A stretch of 64,000 nt of DNA, from contig CAXVYR010000002.1 in assembly GCA_963666975.2 (NCBI GenBank), positions 267,436-331,435 of the forward strand. The letters are read 5' to 3'. The first letter of the stretch is position 1. Each line of letters opens with the position of its first letter. This stretch comes from Terriglobia bacterium. Its GTDB lineage: Bacteria > Acidobacteriota > Terriglobia > 2-12-FULL-54-10. Both the position numbers and the translations under genes were made by a program. Positions 63,493-64,000 of this stretch are shown piece after piece. The notes under the pieces are model-generated. The model had not been told where the DNA came from, made no database searches, and worked only from the letters and a program-made list of their open reading frames with translations.

Positions 63493-64000
63493 TAGTTTTT
63501 TCCTCCCCTCTCAGATCTTCATCGTGCGAAATAGTATATTGACTCGACAGATTGTTGAAAGAATGGTCTCATGAATCGCTTGATAACGCGCGTGGCTTGG
63601 TGAATGCCGAAATATCAATCCTCCCATTCCGAGCCGCGACCGGAGTGGGATCCCCAGCGCGCCGCTTTCAGCGCGTTGGGGTGCTCGTAAGGGAGCGGTT
63701 TTCCGGGGTTCCTCAGCAAGCTGCCAAGAAACACTTGCCCACTCTAGAGTCTTCCGTGCAGTTGCAAGCAGAATTCCCTACTCTCAATTTTCGTCTTGGT
63801 AGATAATGATACACTCAGTTTCTCAGCTGTCCTAAAGGTTTTTCTTGCCTTCATCCCCCTCCGAGTTTGCCAGGCAACTGGCAAGGGCTTCTGCAAGAAG
63901 GCAGCAACATGAATCCCAAGGGACAAACTCCTGACCAAGCGCCTGCTAAGGTTTCCCAGTCTGCTTAGTCTCGCAATGGTGGCAGGGTCTTGGTGATCCA

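Overview
GC-rich bacterial chromosomal window. I recognise no rRNA, tRNA or CRISPR array. The gene content suggests an Acidobacteriota-like soil bacterium, but this is inference only. It rests on CarboxypepD_reg-type TonB-dependent receptors ending in an aromatic residue, many signal-peptide amidohydrolases, and hairpin-rich intergenic repeat families.

Layout:
- 0.3-4.1 kb: two secreted amidohydrolases (-).
- 4.7-10.4 kb: a di-haem cytochrome c, then a GldA / GldF-GldG fusion / DUF4340-type ABC operon (+).
- 10.7-17.6 kb: an accessory mix. It holds a CarboxypepD_reg-haem-propeller protein, a CMD-family lipoprotein with a perfect 114-bp in-frame tandem duplication, a TlpA-like thioredoxin, and a beta-propeller gene split by a single in-frame TGA.
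- 17.9-21.9 kb: a TonB-dependent receptor with a 721-bp IS1595-family element (8-bp TSD) ending 9 bp upstream of its start codon.
- 22.7-34.4 kb: a putative N-heterocycle/aromatic catabolic island. Genes are an LLM oxidoreductase, a cyclic amidohydrolase, CoxG plus a three-subunit xanthine-dehydrogenase-family molybdoenzyme, a C45 Ntn-hydrolase, an MFS transporter and UbiD.
- 34.6-38.9 kb: gene fragments, a PVA-dehydrogenase-like quinohaemoprotein and an IS graveyard (IS1380 remnant, IS3-like ends, IS5-family transposase).
- 39.2-56.8 kb: the standout region. A TonB-dependent receptor is followed on the same strand by seven tandem, visibly diversifying paralogues of a secreted Amidohydro_3 (YtcJ/NfdA-like) enzyme.
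- 57-63.5 kb: a decayed receptor paralogue, a VOC protein, an internally duplicated double alpha/beta-hydrolase and a ninth member of the amidohydrolase family.

Many long ORFs antisense to these genes are GC-driven shadows and are not called.
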